Part shown: positions 41,000 through 52,234 of the stretch, piece after piece
Layout: each line of letters starts with the position of its first letter
How positions within the stretch are numbered: the first letter of the stretch is position 1
Assembly: GCA_951406725.2 (NCBI GenBank)
Contig: OX597814.1
Span: 25,482,001 to 25,546,000, forward strand
Length of the DNA: 64,000 nt
Direction: 5' to 3'
Origin: Octopus vulgaris
Taxonomy: Eukaryota
Notes under the pieces: generated by a model
Database searches by the model: none
What the model was told of the DNA's origin: nothing
Seen by the model: the letters and a program-made list of their open reading frames with translations, nothing else
Position numbers and translations under genes: made by a program

Positions 41000-41480
41000 A
41001 GACCTGGTAGAAACAGCAGCCAAATCTCCCTCAAATCACACCTTACTGTCTTATGTATGTATATATATATGAGCCAATGAGGGGGACCTCTACATGGTAG
41101 CTAGACCTGGTAGAAATAGCAGCCAAATTTCCCCCAAATCACACCTTACTGTCTTATCTATGTATATATGTATGTATGAGCCTATGAGGGAGACCCCTAC
41201 ATGGCAGCTAGACCTGGTAGAAATAGCAGCCAAATTTCCCCCAAATCACACCTTACTGTCTTATCTATGTATATATGTATGTATGAGCCTATGAGGGAGA
41301 CCCCTACATGGCAGCTAGACCTGGTAGAAATAGCAACCAAATTTCCCCCAAATCACACCTTACTGTCTTATCTATGTATATATGTATGTATGAGCCTATG
41401 AGGGAGACCCCTACATGGCAGCTAGACATGGTAGAAATAGCAGCCAAATCTCCCTCAAATCACACCTTACTGTCTTATCT
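41000..41480. repeat. 107-bp tandem repeat, about 4.5 copies
   Basis: AGACCTGGTAGAAA recurs at 41000, 41103, 41210, 41317 and (one mismatch) 41424. ORF starts at 41094, 41201 and 41308 confirm the period. Confidence 0.95.
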
Positions 41481-41481
41481 T

Positions 41482-41530
41482 TCTGCTACTTATATTCGTC
41501 GTAAAAAACTTTCCTGTCACACACTCACGC

Positions 41531-41562
<32 letters not shown>

Positions 41563-41575
41563 GCGCGCACCCTCA

Positions 41576-41612
<37 letters not shown>

Positions 41613-41990
41613 TCACACACACGCACGTTAGCTTACAATTTTATTTATATATTTGCGTGTCTGTGTTGAAAGAGGAAGTGGGAGGCAGAGTGAAAGAATC
41701 ACTCACTACAGTAAGTAAATTACTTTCATTTTATTCGCTGCCCACTGTGTGTGTGCGTTTGCGTGTGGTGTAAACCAGACTAAGAAAAGCATTTGACACA
41801 CACACCAGAATGTGAGTTTTCTGTAAATTTTGCTTAATTGGAGTTTAAATTTTAAAAACTGGACCTGGCATGACGCGATGCATTGTACTCTTAAAATTGC
41901 TAGGTAAATTGTAATTGAAGAAATCCTATATTGTAGATTTGTATAACTCCCAAAGGGAGGCAGATAAAATCTGCCTTTTATAATAAGAGA
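41482..41990 (-). mobile_element. Probable Helitron 5' portion
   Basis: The minus strand begins TCTCTTATTATAAAA after an A, with a subterminal hairpin AGGCAGAT/ATCTGCCT and an internal (CA)n. No 3' CTAG end found. Confidence 0.45.
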
Positions 41991-42029
41991 TATATCTCTA
42001 CATATATATATGTGTGTGTGTGTGTGTAT

Positions 42030-42203
42030 GCCAACCACTCACAGAGTGGTTGGCGTTAGGAAGGGCATCCAGCTGTAGAAACACTGCCAGATCAGACTGG
42101 AGCCCGGTGCAGCCTCCTGGTTTCCCAGACCCCGGTCAAACCGTCCAACCCATGCTAGCATGGAAACGGACGTTAAATGATGATGATGATGATGATGATG
42201 ATG
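42030..42203 (+). mobile_element. RTE 3' tail fragment with (GAT)n
   Basis: GTGGTTGGCGTTAGGAAGGGCATCCAG...GCATGGAAACGGACGTTAAA(TGA)n. Further copies at about 56500-56715 and 61300-61530. Confidence 0.8.
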
Positions 42204-43199
42204 CTGTATATGTATATATACATACATGCATGGATGGATGCATAGTTGGACAGATGGATGGATGGATGGATTGGTGGATGAACAGGTGGATATATGTATG
42301 TAGTGTGTGTGTGTGTGTGTGTTTGTGTGTGTGTGTATGTGTGTGTGTGTGAGTGTGTGTGTGCATAAACTCAAAGGAAATGGAATTTTGTAACAAAGCT
42401 GTAGCTTTGCCTCAAGAGTTCCACAAAATGAAGACAGCTATATTCATATAGATTAGTAAAAGATATGACTGCAGATATTGGCCTCTATTGGTACTTAATT
42501 ATGTCTTGAAAATTATATCTTGTTTTCAAAGTATGCGTTTTGAAAATTACAGCTGCTTTTTTGTTGTTGTTGTTGTTGTTGTTGTTTTTTTTTGTTGTTT
42601 TTTTTAGTAAATTTTATACGGCTAACAACTCTCCTCTAAATATTTATTTGTCAACCATAAATTTTTAGTGAAACATATTATGAGTTGGACATGATTGTTG
42701 CACATATATGCATCGAAATGCTAAAACAGAAAAAAATGATTATTAATCCAACAAATGTGATGCCTTATGACTAAATTATGTTACCTTAGAATATAACTGC
42801 AAGAAAGCATAATTTCACTGATTATTTCTTCACCAGACTTAAAGTCCTTTAAATGAATTTAGAGCAAAATTGACTGTTAGGAAATTAAGATGTGTTCCTA
42901 TTTAAGTATATTTGTTTCTAAATCATTGAAGCAAGTGTTTCATATATGTTCTTTTAAGTGTTTACAGATTAACAGAGAAGCAAGATTAATGCAAACTACT
43001 TATTACATATGTTGATTGCAACACAAAGAGCAATGAATAGCATGAAGATATGTGAATCAATATTGAAGCCTAATCTGTTTCCAACCCACAAAAAATCATA
43101 AAACCAGCTCTTATGGATAGGATTCTGGCAGATCAGAAGCAGATTCCTATACAGGAGAAATCTAACTTGACACACAAAGAAAGAATAAATTATATTTTT

Positions 43200-43432
43200 C
43201 TTTTTTTATTGCCCACAAGGGGCTAAACATAGAGGGGACAAACAAGGAAAGACAAAGGGATTAAGTTGATTATATCGCATCCAGTGCGTAACTGGTACTT
43301 ATTTAATCGACCCCCAAGAGGATGAAAGGCAAAGTCGACCTCGGCGGAATTTGAACTCAGAACATAGTGGCAGACGAAATACCGCTAAGCATTTTGCCCT
43401 GCATGCTAATGATTATGCCAGCTCGCGGCCTT
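43200..43432 (-). mobile_element. SINE family B
   Basis: Homologous to the units at 36241-36742. Confidence 0.87.
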
Positions 43433-45143
43433 ATATTTTTATTACTATTTAGAGTGACTCAAGGGCCAAGAGTTTTGTGTGTTAACACTTATCAAACAAT
43501 AAATTATTAAAGAATGGAAGAATAGATTATTAAAGAATAGAATATTAATATTACCAAGAATGCTGGTTTATGTCTCATGTTTAGAGCTAAGTAAATTCAG
43601 CAGCTGAGAGTTGTCTCAGTAACATAAAGAAGGCAGTGCATTGTGAATAGATATAAGTCCTCATTTAGTCAGTTGCTTGCACATTATCTTCATGATGTGG
43701 CCTTCTGTACAATCATCATAAAACAAGACTCACATAAAACAAGACCAATAATAAAATTTGGTCTAAAGCTCTTGTGTTTAGTATTTACCTTAAACTTGTT
43801 TACTACTAAAGTTTTTTACTATCGTTACAAAAATGCCCAATGCTTTTCTGGAGTTACTCATTGTATACAAACTCTACCTCATCACATTCATTTAAACTTT
43901 CTCTCCTCTGACCATTATATGTACATTGTATTTCACATCCAACAACCTTCAAGATGGCTGCTGCTCTTCAGAGCTTGCTGAGCTCGTGGTATTTTCACGT
44001 AGGTAGTCTGCACTCACTTTTCTCTTATGTTGTAATCAACATCACCAGACTCTGTATTAATCAATACATCCAGTACTTTCACCATCAGAATGTCGGTCCT
44101 CTTTGCTCATGTTCTACTTGCAAGTGTCTACTACCATCACTTTAAGCAGAACATTAATGGTATCACTCTCACAGGTCACTGATGGCCATAGCTATGGCCC
44201 TTTACTCCAGACCTGGCATTTAGAAAACAGAACAATACATTCTCCCATTGGTCTAGAACTGTATTCTACAGGAACTTACTCAGTGCTTGTACAAAGCCAA
44301 CCACAGTCAGTATTAACTTCAAATCTTGTTGCAACTTTGCCAATTATATCTCTCCCTATTTATGTCTCCCAATTTAACACAATACTCTATATCCCAACAC
44401 TTATGCTCAATCAGTTTCAGAAGGTTTCACATTAAAATTAAACATATAATTATTCTGCATCGTTATCTACTTAACGACTTTTCGAAAAGAATATGAACTC
44501 TCAATCCATCATTTTGGAGTATTTCGCTACATCCACGTCTACATACATTTCTAATTAGATATTTACACATGTATGCATATGTAAGTATATGTGTATATGG
44601 GAGTTAGGAGATATGGACACTCATAAAGCACAAACCTACATACATATACTCATACATATATACATATTACACATACACATATACACACACAAATCTACAC
44701 GTACACATATACACATACACAAAACGTACATATTCATTTGAGTGTCATTCTATTTATTTTGGTATAAATGCATTTAAAATATCTCTTTCCATACCCATAC
44801 ACAAACTTACACACTTATTCATACATATATTTAAATGGATAGCTTTCATCAAATTTCAATGATTTTCTTGCCTCCACCCACATACTGCCATATTATGGTT
44901 TTGTATTATTTCATAAACACTAACAGTTCAATTTGTATTTATCATAAGTTGTTTTTTTTTTTTTTTGAATTCTATAACAATCTGTCCCTCCATCTCTTTT
45001 TATTCCCCCTTCTCTTTCTCTGACACTTCTCACTCACAATATTTATGTTTTGTTCTATATCCTCCCATCGTTCTATCTCTTATTCATTCTACATCCATCT
45101 ATATCTTCACCTGTTAATCTATTTGCCTCTCTTTCTTCCTTCT

Positions 45144-45175
<32 letters not shown>

Positions 45176-45224
45176 CGTATATATATATATGCATATATAT
45201 GCATATATGTATACACAAATATAA

Positions 45225-45256
<32 letters not shown>

Positions 45257-45488
45257 ACATGCATATATATGCATATATGCATATATAACTATATATATAT
45301 GTTGATGTACATCTATACATATATGCACAAACACACACACATATATATATATACATATTACATATGCATATTTATGCATATACATGTATATATATATATA
45401 TGTGTGTATATATATGTATATACATAAATATATATATATATATATAAATATATATATATATACACACACACACACATATATATATATA

Positions 45489-45526
<38 letters not shown>

Positions 45527-45972
45527 TATATATATACACACACACACACATATATGCATATATATATGCATATATATATGCTTATCAGAAGATTCAAACC
45601 CTTTGTTTCAGGTGTCACTGGTGTGCATCATATGTCAGCAGCGAACCATAACAGTTCAATTCAAACTCCTTGACAACAGCAAATTGCAACATAAAACAAA
45701 ACCTAGCAAAGAAGGAAATTAGCTAGATGCTGATATTTCATGTTAAGAAATCAATATATGTATAAACGGAGAGAAAAAAAGAAAGAAAGCATAGCTGTCA
45801 AAAGGTTCCTGAGAGGTCATTCTACCAAATATTTCATGAAAAGATGTTTAAAATACTTTACCATTTATCAAAATAAAATCAACAATAACAGTGCAAAAAA
45901 ATAACAAAAAACAAATAAAATTCAAATTTATTTCAAAACAAGTATTAAAATAAAATTAATGGCTAACTCACA

Positions 45973-46007
<35 letters not shown>

Positions 46008-46012
46008 TCTCC

Positions 46013-46070
<58 letters not shown>

Positions 46071-46421
46071 ACATCTCTTTCTCCCAATATACATGTGTGT
46101 GTGTGTGCATGCATGTGTAAAATGCTTTCTGTGCTCCTTATCTGTACGGTACGCAGACTCCACACAATAACTTATCTGGTGTTATGAGAGTTGTTGTCAA
46201 ACCACATTGAGCTTAGGAGTGGAGTATGAAACTCATCTAGTGTCTACTTTGTTTCAAACCTCTTGGCACAACTTTTGGATTATGTATATAAGTGTGTGTT
46301 TGTATGTGTGTGTGTGCATGTGTTTGTACATATGTATATATATAAGTATATATATTATGCATGTATATATATATATATCTGTATATACATACATCAATAC
46401 ATACATATATATGCATGTATA

Positions 46422-46456
<35 letters not shown>

Positions 46457-46600
46457 TTGAGTAGTTGAATGAATTATCTTATTAAGGATAATTCGAAAGA
46501 TAACCGATACCTGAGTAGCAAATTCACATCAGAAAGAACACGGTTGAAGCTACGTCCCTAGGGCATAGACTACGTGTCTTCGTAGGGAAATTTGTATGTT

Positions 46601-46769
46601 TATTTTAAAATTATAAGTATATGAAAGAATGGAGTTGAACGACTAGTTAACAAATATCCTTTATTCTCGACATATGTTTCATATATGCAGCCTTCGAAAC
46701 ATATGTCGAGAATAAAGGATATTTGTTAACTAGTCGTTCAACTCCATTCTTTCATATACTTATAATTTT

Positions 46770-46775
<6 letters not shown>
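46601..46775. repeat. Perfect 80-bp inverted repeat (15-nt spacer) containing the 3' half of a hammerhead; part of an element spanning about 46458-46775
   Basis: 46601-46680 equals the reverse complement of 46696-46775. The arm begins GAAACATATGTC (GAAA, palindromic stem III, GUC). (TA)n lies on both sides of the element. Confidence 0.9.
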
Positions 46776-46817
<42 letters not shown>

Positions 46818-46853
46818 CATAAATACATACATATATATGTATGTATATGTGTG

Positions 46854-46894
<41 letters not shown>

Positions 46895-46931
46895 TTAATG
46901 GGGGATGAATTTGGTTTTAAATCTTTATTGG

Positions 46932-46974
46932 ATACAACATGTTTCGACCCATCAGTCTGTGTCTCATCAGGTAC
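46932..46974 (-). ncRNA. Minimal type I hammerhead ribozyme
   Basis: Minus strand GTAC-CTGATGA-GACACA-GACTGA-TGGGTC-GAAA-CATG-TT-GTAT: canonical core, 4-bp stem I, one mismatch in stem II, palindromic stem III, GUU site. Confidence 0.7.
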
Positions 46975-47103
46975 ATCAATAATGATGTGTCTCACTACAG
47001 ATTGCTAATGTCCGCTGACTTGTTGTTGTAAGTCCATCAAGTTAGGGACATATAACAAGTTAGCTGACATTAAAAATCTGTAATGAGACACATCTATATT
47101 GAC

Positions 47104-47146
47104 GTACCTGATGAGACCCAGACTGATGGGTCGAAACATGTTTCAA
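47104..47146 (+). ncRNA. Hammerhead motif with perfect stem II but disrupted stem I
   Basis: CTGATGA at 47108-47114, GACCCA/TGGGTC, GAAA at 47133-47136, CATG-TT. The downstream TCAA does not pair with the upstream GTAC. Confidence 0.55.
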
Positions 47147-47360
47147 CCCAATAAAGATTTAATACCAAATTCATCACCCATTAATTAATATTATTTCCCT
47201 AACTACCACTGAGAAGTTCCTGAAGTAGATCCAACAGAAGTGTACCAGGACTGCAGATGACAACAGATAGCCTAAACTGTGCTGAAGCTCAACTCAACAT
47301 TTAAACACACTAGTCCACTTATATCTATTTGTCCAAATTATTTATTACTATTTTCGTTAA

Positions 47361-47770
47361 AGGCACAGGAGTGGCTGTGTAGTAAGTAGCTTGCTTACCA
47401 GCCACATAGTTCCAGGTTCAGTCCCACTGTGTGGCACCTTGGGTAAGTGTCTTCTACTATAGCCTCGGGCCAACCAAAGCCTTGTGAGTGGATTTGGTAG
47501 ACGGAAACTGATAGAAGCCCATCCTATATATGTATATGTATATATGTGTGGGGGGGTGCTTGTGTGTCTGTATTTGTCGCCCCAACATCAATTGACAACC
47601 GATGCAGGTGTGTTTACGTCCCCATAACTTAACGGTTCTGCAAAAAAGACCAATAGAATAAGTACTCAGATTACAAAGAATAAGCCCTTGGGTCGATTTC
47701 CTCAACAAAAGGCAGTGCTCCAGCATGGCCACAGTCAAATGACTGAAACAAGTAAAAGAGTAAAAGAGTA
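47361..47770 (+). mobile_element. tRNA-derived SINE, family A, full length
   Basis: Same head, body and tail as 11771 and 35722. Confidence 0.9.
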
Positions 47771-47839
47771 TATATACACACATATATATATATAAATGAT
47801 TACATATGCATACTAGATCCCTCACATATATATATATCA

Positions 47840-49497
47840 CTAGCAGAGATACCTGGTGTTGCCCGTGTTACATACAATTGAAGAATTAGACTTTTCTGTT
47901 ATATTTTCTGCAATGAACTGGAATATCATCAAATTTCGAATTTCATCAAAATTGCAGATGAGGGTTATTTCCCTCTTTACAGACCCCCAAAAATTGTAGT
48001 CGTGCCACATATATGCCATATTACTGATTTTTATGCGCCTATTCCAAAATTCCAGTTTTATTGAACCTGTTAAAAAGATTTTGCTCCTGAAAAATGAAGG
48101 TCGTAGTGCTCGAAAATGTGAGAGTTAAGGTCCCTGTTGGGGGTGGGCATCTTAATATCAACCACAGAAGTTGAATTGTTGAGAATCTTTTTTACTTTGA
48201 ATTTCTTTGAAATAGGAAATATATGTTCACTGGGTTTGTAAAAGAGACCAAAGCTACAGAAAACCAAAAGACGAATGATCACAATAAGCAGTCAGCTACA
48301 GTACCCTAGACGTTACCACTCCCAATGTAGTATTCATCATCATCCAGGTGACAGGCACAGCAGTAAGATTCATTACGAATCTATAGCAATTGGAAGGGCG
48401 TGACCCAACTGAAATAAACATTAACAACTGTGTGACGTGAGGGCTAAGGAGAAATGAAAGTTGCAGTTTGCAAATGACTACTATACTAATATGTAACTGG
48501 ACAGAATAAATTTACAATCTATAAATTTCTTTGAATAACCAGTCACTCATCTGGGAAGGCCTTGAAATCAATGTTACCATCTGGCAACTATGTGTGATCC
48601 AGTGATAATAAAAAGACTGAAAGTAGATCTGCAATCAAATAACTTTTCTCAACACTTTGCAACTGAATCAGTGGAGGCAAAGATGCCTCTCATTTACTTG
48701 ACAATTTATGCAGCACATTGCAGAAATCACAATCTAAGTGTATGTCAAAGCAAACTGTTACACTGTTGTTCCATTGAATTACAAATAATGCACATCTTCT
48801 ATGCTCGGATGACCCCACAGCTTCCAAGAGTACAACTGTTCGTCTTTGCTTAGATAAAATGACAAATTATGGGTGTTAAGTCCCCATGGTGGGCTCTTTA
48901 TAACTTGTAAGAAGATGAAATTTTATAAATATTACTTCATTTGTATCTAATATCTATGGTTAAAATTTCATCAACAGCAAAAATATATGCATTGTCATGG
49001 GGGTTGTGGCCCTTATGCATAGAATATAATTTCCAAATTTTGTAAAGATCCATTCAGTACTTTTGACTTAGTTTTGGATCATAAAAGAAATGACTAAAAT
49101 TTGGGAGTTAAGGCCCCCATCTGGGTGTCTTAGAATCCTCATGTGAAGTGGAAACTTTGAGAATACTTCTTGATGTGTGTCAATAAACCATGGTTGAAAT
49201 TTCATCAACATCGAAAATTTATGAATTTCCTTGGGGGTTCTGCCCCCTTTAAGCCATCTGAAATTCAAACCAAACATATTGCATTATACCCGCCCTTATG
49301 CATTGAATCTAAGTTTCAAATATCATAAGGATCCATTCAGTAATTTTGGTCCATGACGTATGAAACACACAGCATTACCCTTCTCCCTAGGCTTGGATTT
49401 TGTGTTCCAAATTTCATTATGATCGGTGCAGCAATTTTCGAATGCATAAGTAATACACGAACACATAAAGACATTGTCTTTGATATAATAAATATGA
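47840..49497 (-). mobile_element. Decayed non-autonomous Helitron-like element
   Basis: A|CTAG at 47840 followed by a decayed hairpin CCTGGTGTTGCCCG similar to the 39816 end; repeated AAATTTCAT(C) motifs. Right boundary approximate. Confidence 0.55.
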
Positions 49498-49516
49498 ATG
49501 TACACATATACATACA

Positions 49517-49552
<36 letters not shown>

Positions 49553-49599
49553 TACGTGCGTGTGTGTGTGTGTATTATATATATATATATATATACACA

Positions 49600-49867
49600 T
49601 ACACACAAAGATAAATTGATAGATACAACTGAGTGGGCAAACAAAAATATGAGACACAGCGTAGTGGTTTTTTTTATGTTGATAAGCCTGGTACTTATTC
49701 TATTAGTTTCTTCTTTTTGAAACCAGTAACTTATGGGGATGTAAATAAACGAAGAGCAGTTGTGAAGCAGTGATGAGGGTGAAACATAGAAACAAAGTCA
49801 CACACATACACTTAAATATATACACACATATATATACGATTGATTTATTTAAGTTTCTGTCTGCAAA

Positions 49868-49942
<75 letters not shown>

Positions 49943-50310
49943 GATAAATTGTGCTGGCAAACAAAAATATGAGATACTGCCTAGTGCTTTTTTTTATTTT
50001 GATAAGCCTGGTACTTATTCTATCAGTTTCTTCTTGTGAAACCAGTAAGTTACGGGGATGTAAATAAATGAACACCAATTGTGAGGCAGTGATTTGGGAG
50101 AAACACAAAGACACACACACAGACTTACATATATACATACATATATATACGATTGATTTCTTTCAGTTTCTGTCTACAAAATCCACTGACAAGGCTTTGG
50201 TTGGTCTGAGGCTATAGCAGAAGACACATGCCAAGTCACCACACAGTGGGACTGAACTGAGGACCATGTGTTTTGGAACGAAGTTTGTTATCACACAGCT
50301 ACACCTGCAC
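49600..50310 (-). repeat. Diverged tandem duplication (about 330 bp) covering part of a family A SINE
   Basis: CACAAAGATAAATTG...GCAAACAAAAATATGAGA...GATAAGCCTGGTACTTATTCTAT occurs at about 49603 and 49937. Confidence 0.75.
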
Positions 50311-50385
50311 CTGTGTGTGTGTGTATGGGTATATATATGTATGCATGTATATATGTGAATATATATGTGTACATCTATATATATA

Positions 50386-50547
50386 TATACTTTATTTAAA
50401 GCAGCAGAAAATTCAACAAAACCTGTTACTCTGAGTTTCCCGTTGCCGTTCGTCGGACAGTTTTAGTTAAAACTGTCCGACGAACGGCAACGGGAAACTC
50501 AGAGTAACAGGTTTTGTTGAATTTTCTGCTGCTTTAAATAAAGTATA
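50386..50547. repeat. Perfect 80-bp palindrome (2-nt spacer) built from the PLE hammerhead region
   Basis: 50386-50465 equals the reverse complement of 50468-50547. The arm is homologous to about 28925-29005. The element continues to about 50614 and has (TA)n on both sides. Confidence 0.93.
50469..50515 (+). ncRNA. Hammerhead motif (U4C variant); identical copy on the minus strand at 50418-50464
   Basis: AAAACTGT-CCGACGA-ACG-GCAA-CGG-GAAA-CTCAGAG-TA-ACAGGTTTT; GUA at 50504-50506; the first stem II pair is an A.G mismatch. Confidence 0.65.
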
Positions 50548-50939
50548 ATACTCTACCACTGGTATTTGAGTACTCTTTTTTCCACCTTGTTTCACATTTA
50601 TGTGTTTACTCCGGTATATATATATATATACACATCTACTCATATACATGTATACTTATACATCTTTATGTATAGAAATAAATCTACACATATACAGCTA
50701 TACACACATACATAGGTGCAGGTGTGGCTGTGTGGTAACAAACTTCTTTCCAAAACACATGGTTCTGGGTTTAAATTTAAATTTAAAATAATAAGGGTGA
50801 GAAATTGAATATTAATTTGATTGATATGAATTGAAAACCAGTGGTGTAGCATACAAGACCATAGCGGATCTTCTTTTAGCAAAATGGATGTCCACTGTTA
50901 ATGGTTCATCCCTCTTATATAATAGTTTGACTTTAATAG

Positions 50940-51201
50940 TTTCAGTATTAAAGTGAAAATATCTGACATTACAATAGAGAGATGTTTTTGTTTCACGTTT
51001 AACACGTAATACTGAAATAGTGGAGAAGATATGATATTGTTGTAGGCTCGTCCTAGGCAAGAAGCTAGAAGTTTTTTGCCCATGGCACTACATGGACCCT
51101 AAGTAAGGCATGTGTAAAATTTGAAAGAAATTAGTTGTGTAGTTCTCAAGTTTTAGGGAAACACACAGACAGACAGACATACATTCTCAGTTTTATATAT
51201 A
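50940..51201 (-). mobile_element. Helitron 5'-terminal fragment, same family as 51202-52234
   Basis: Diverged direct repeat of about 51975-52230 (AAAGTGAAA..ATCTGACAT...GGGAAACACACAGACAGAC..ATTCTCAG). Confidence 0.75.
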
Positions 51202-52234
51202 CTAGCATTAAAGACCCGTCGTTGCCGGGTCATAGTGCTAGTGCATGTATATATGTGTATATATATGTGTACATATTACATGTACATCTATATATATACA
51301 TCTACACATAACATACGAAATACAAAGTTATATCTTGATATCGCTAGTGATAACAATACTCAAAATATATAACAGACTGGAATTGTTAGCCCATCTCTTG
51401 TAATTTCAATCAATTGTATCTTGTCCTCCCTCTTGTATAGAAGTGTGGCTACAATCCAGCCTACCTCTACTTCTTCTGGGGGGGAGGGCATTTGAAATTT
51501 TTTTCCGGGACGTCCTACGTCCCAAATATAAAGGTAAAAATAAAATATTTCCACTTTGCAAGTTCGAGTTGAGTACTCCCTTTCACGCTCCGTTGACTCG
51601 AACCTTGCTTCTATTGTGGCGAATTTACCGCCTCTGATTAGATACCTTTCATAGTCGCACCAAGACACTTTTCGAAGGTGCTTTCCTCCATGTGTTCAAA
51701 TCTTTTTTTCTTCTCTACATTGTATACTTTATAGACAATAGTCTTTTCTTTAATTTAATTTTTCATTATCCATCTGGACTATTCCATTTCTGCATGCTAA
51801 TTTTATTTTTAATTTATTCCCATTCATATGAAACCACTTATTCAAGTTCAAGTCATTGATGCAATTTTATACCAATTGCTATTTTTACTTTTGTTATGTT
51901 ACGATTATATTATACTTTAGTTTGATTTTAATTATTACTTACTACATGTAATTCAATTGTTATTATTATTTTTATTGTTAAAGTGAAAGTATCTGACATA
52001 AAATAGAGAAACGTTTTTGTTTCACTTTTAACATGTAATACTGAAATAGTGGAGAAGATATGATATTGCTATGGGCTCGCTCTAGGCAAGAAGTTGAACA
52101 TTTGTTTTGCCCATGAAACTACATGGACTCTAAGTAAGGCATGTGTAAAATTTGAATGAAATTGGTCGTGTAGTTCTCAAGTTTTAGGGAAACACACAGA
52201 CAGACACACATTCTCAGTATTATATATATAAAGA
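51202..52234 (-). mobile_element. Non-autonomous Helitron with a GC-richer internal segment
   Basis: The minus strand starts TCTTTATATATAT and ends with a GACCCGGCAACGACGGGTC hairpin then CTAG; A|T insertion site. Confidence 0.82.

Larger units (their letters stand above)
46885..47194. repeat. Imperfect fold-back (arms about 150 bp) with a hammerhead motif in each arm
   Basis: ATAATATTAATTAATGGG...CATGTTTCGACCCATCAGTC is mirrored by GACTGATGGGTCGAAACATG...CCCATTAATTAATATTAT. Confidence 0.88.

Noticed and set aside
41000-41480. CRISPR-like appearance of the periodic array
   Set aside because: Whole units repeat with no unique spacers, there are no cas genes, and the context is eukaryotic.
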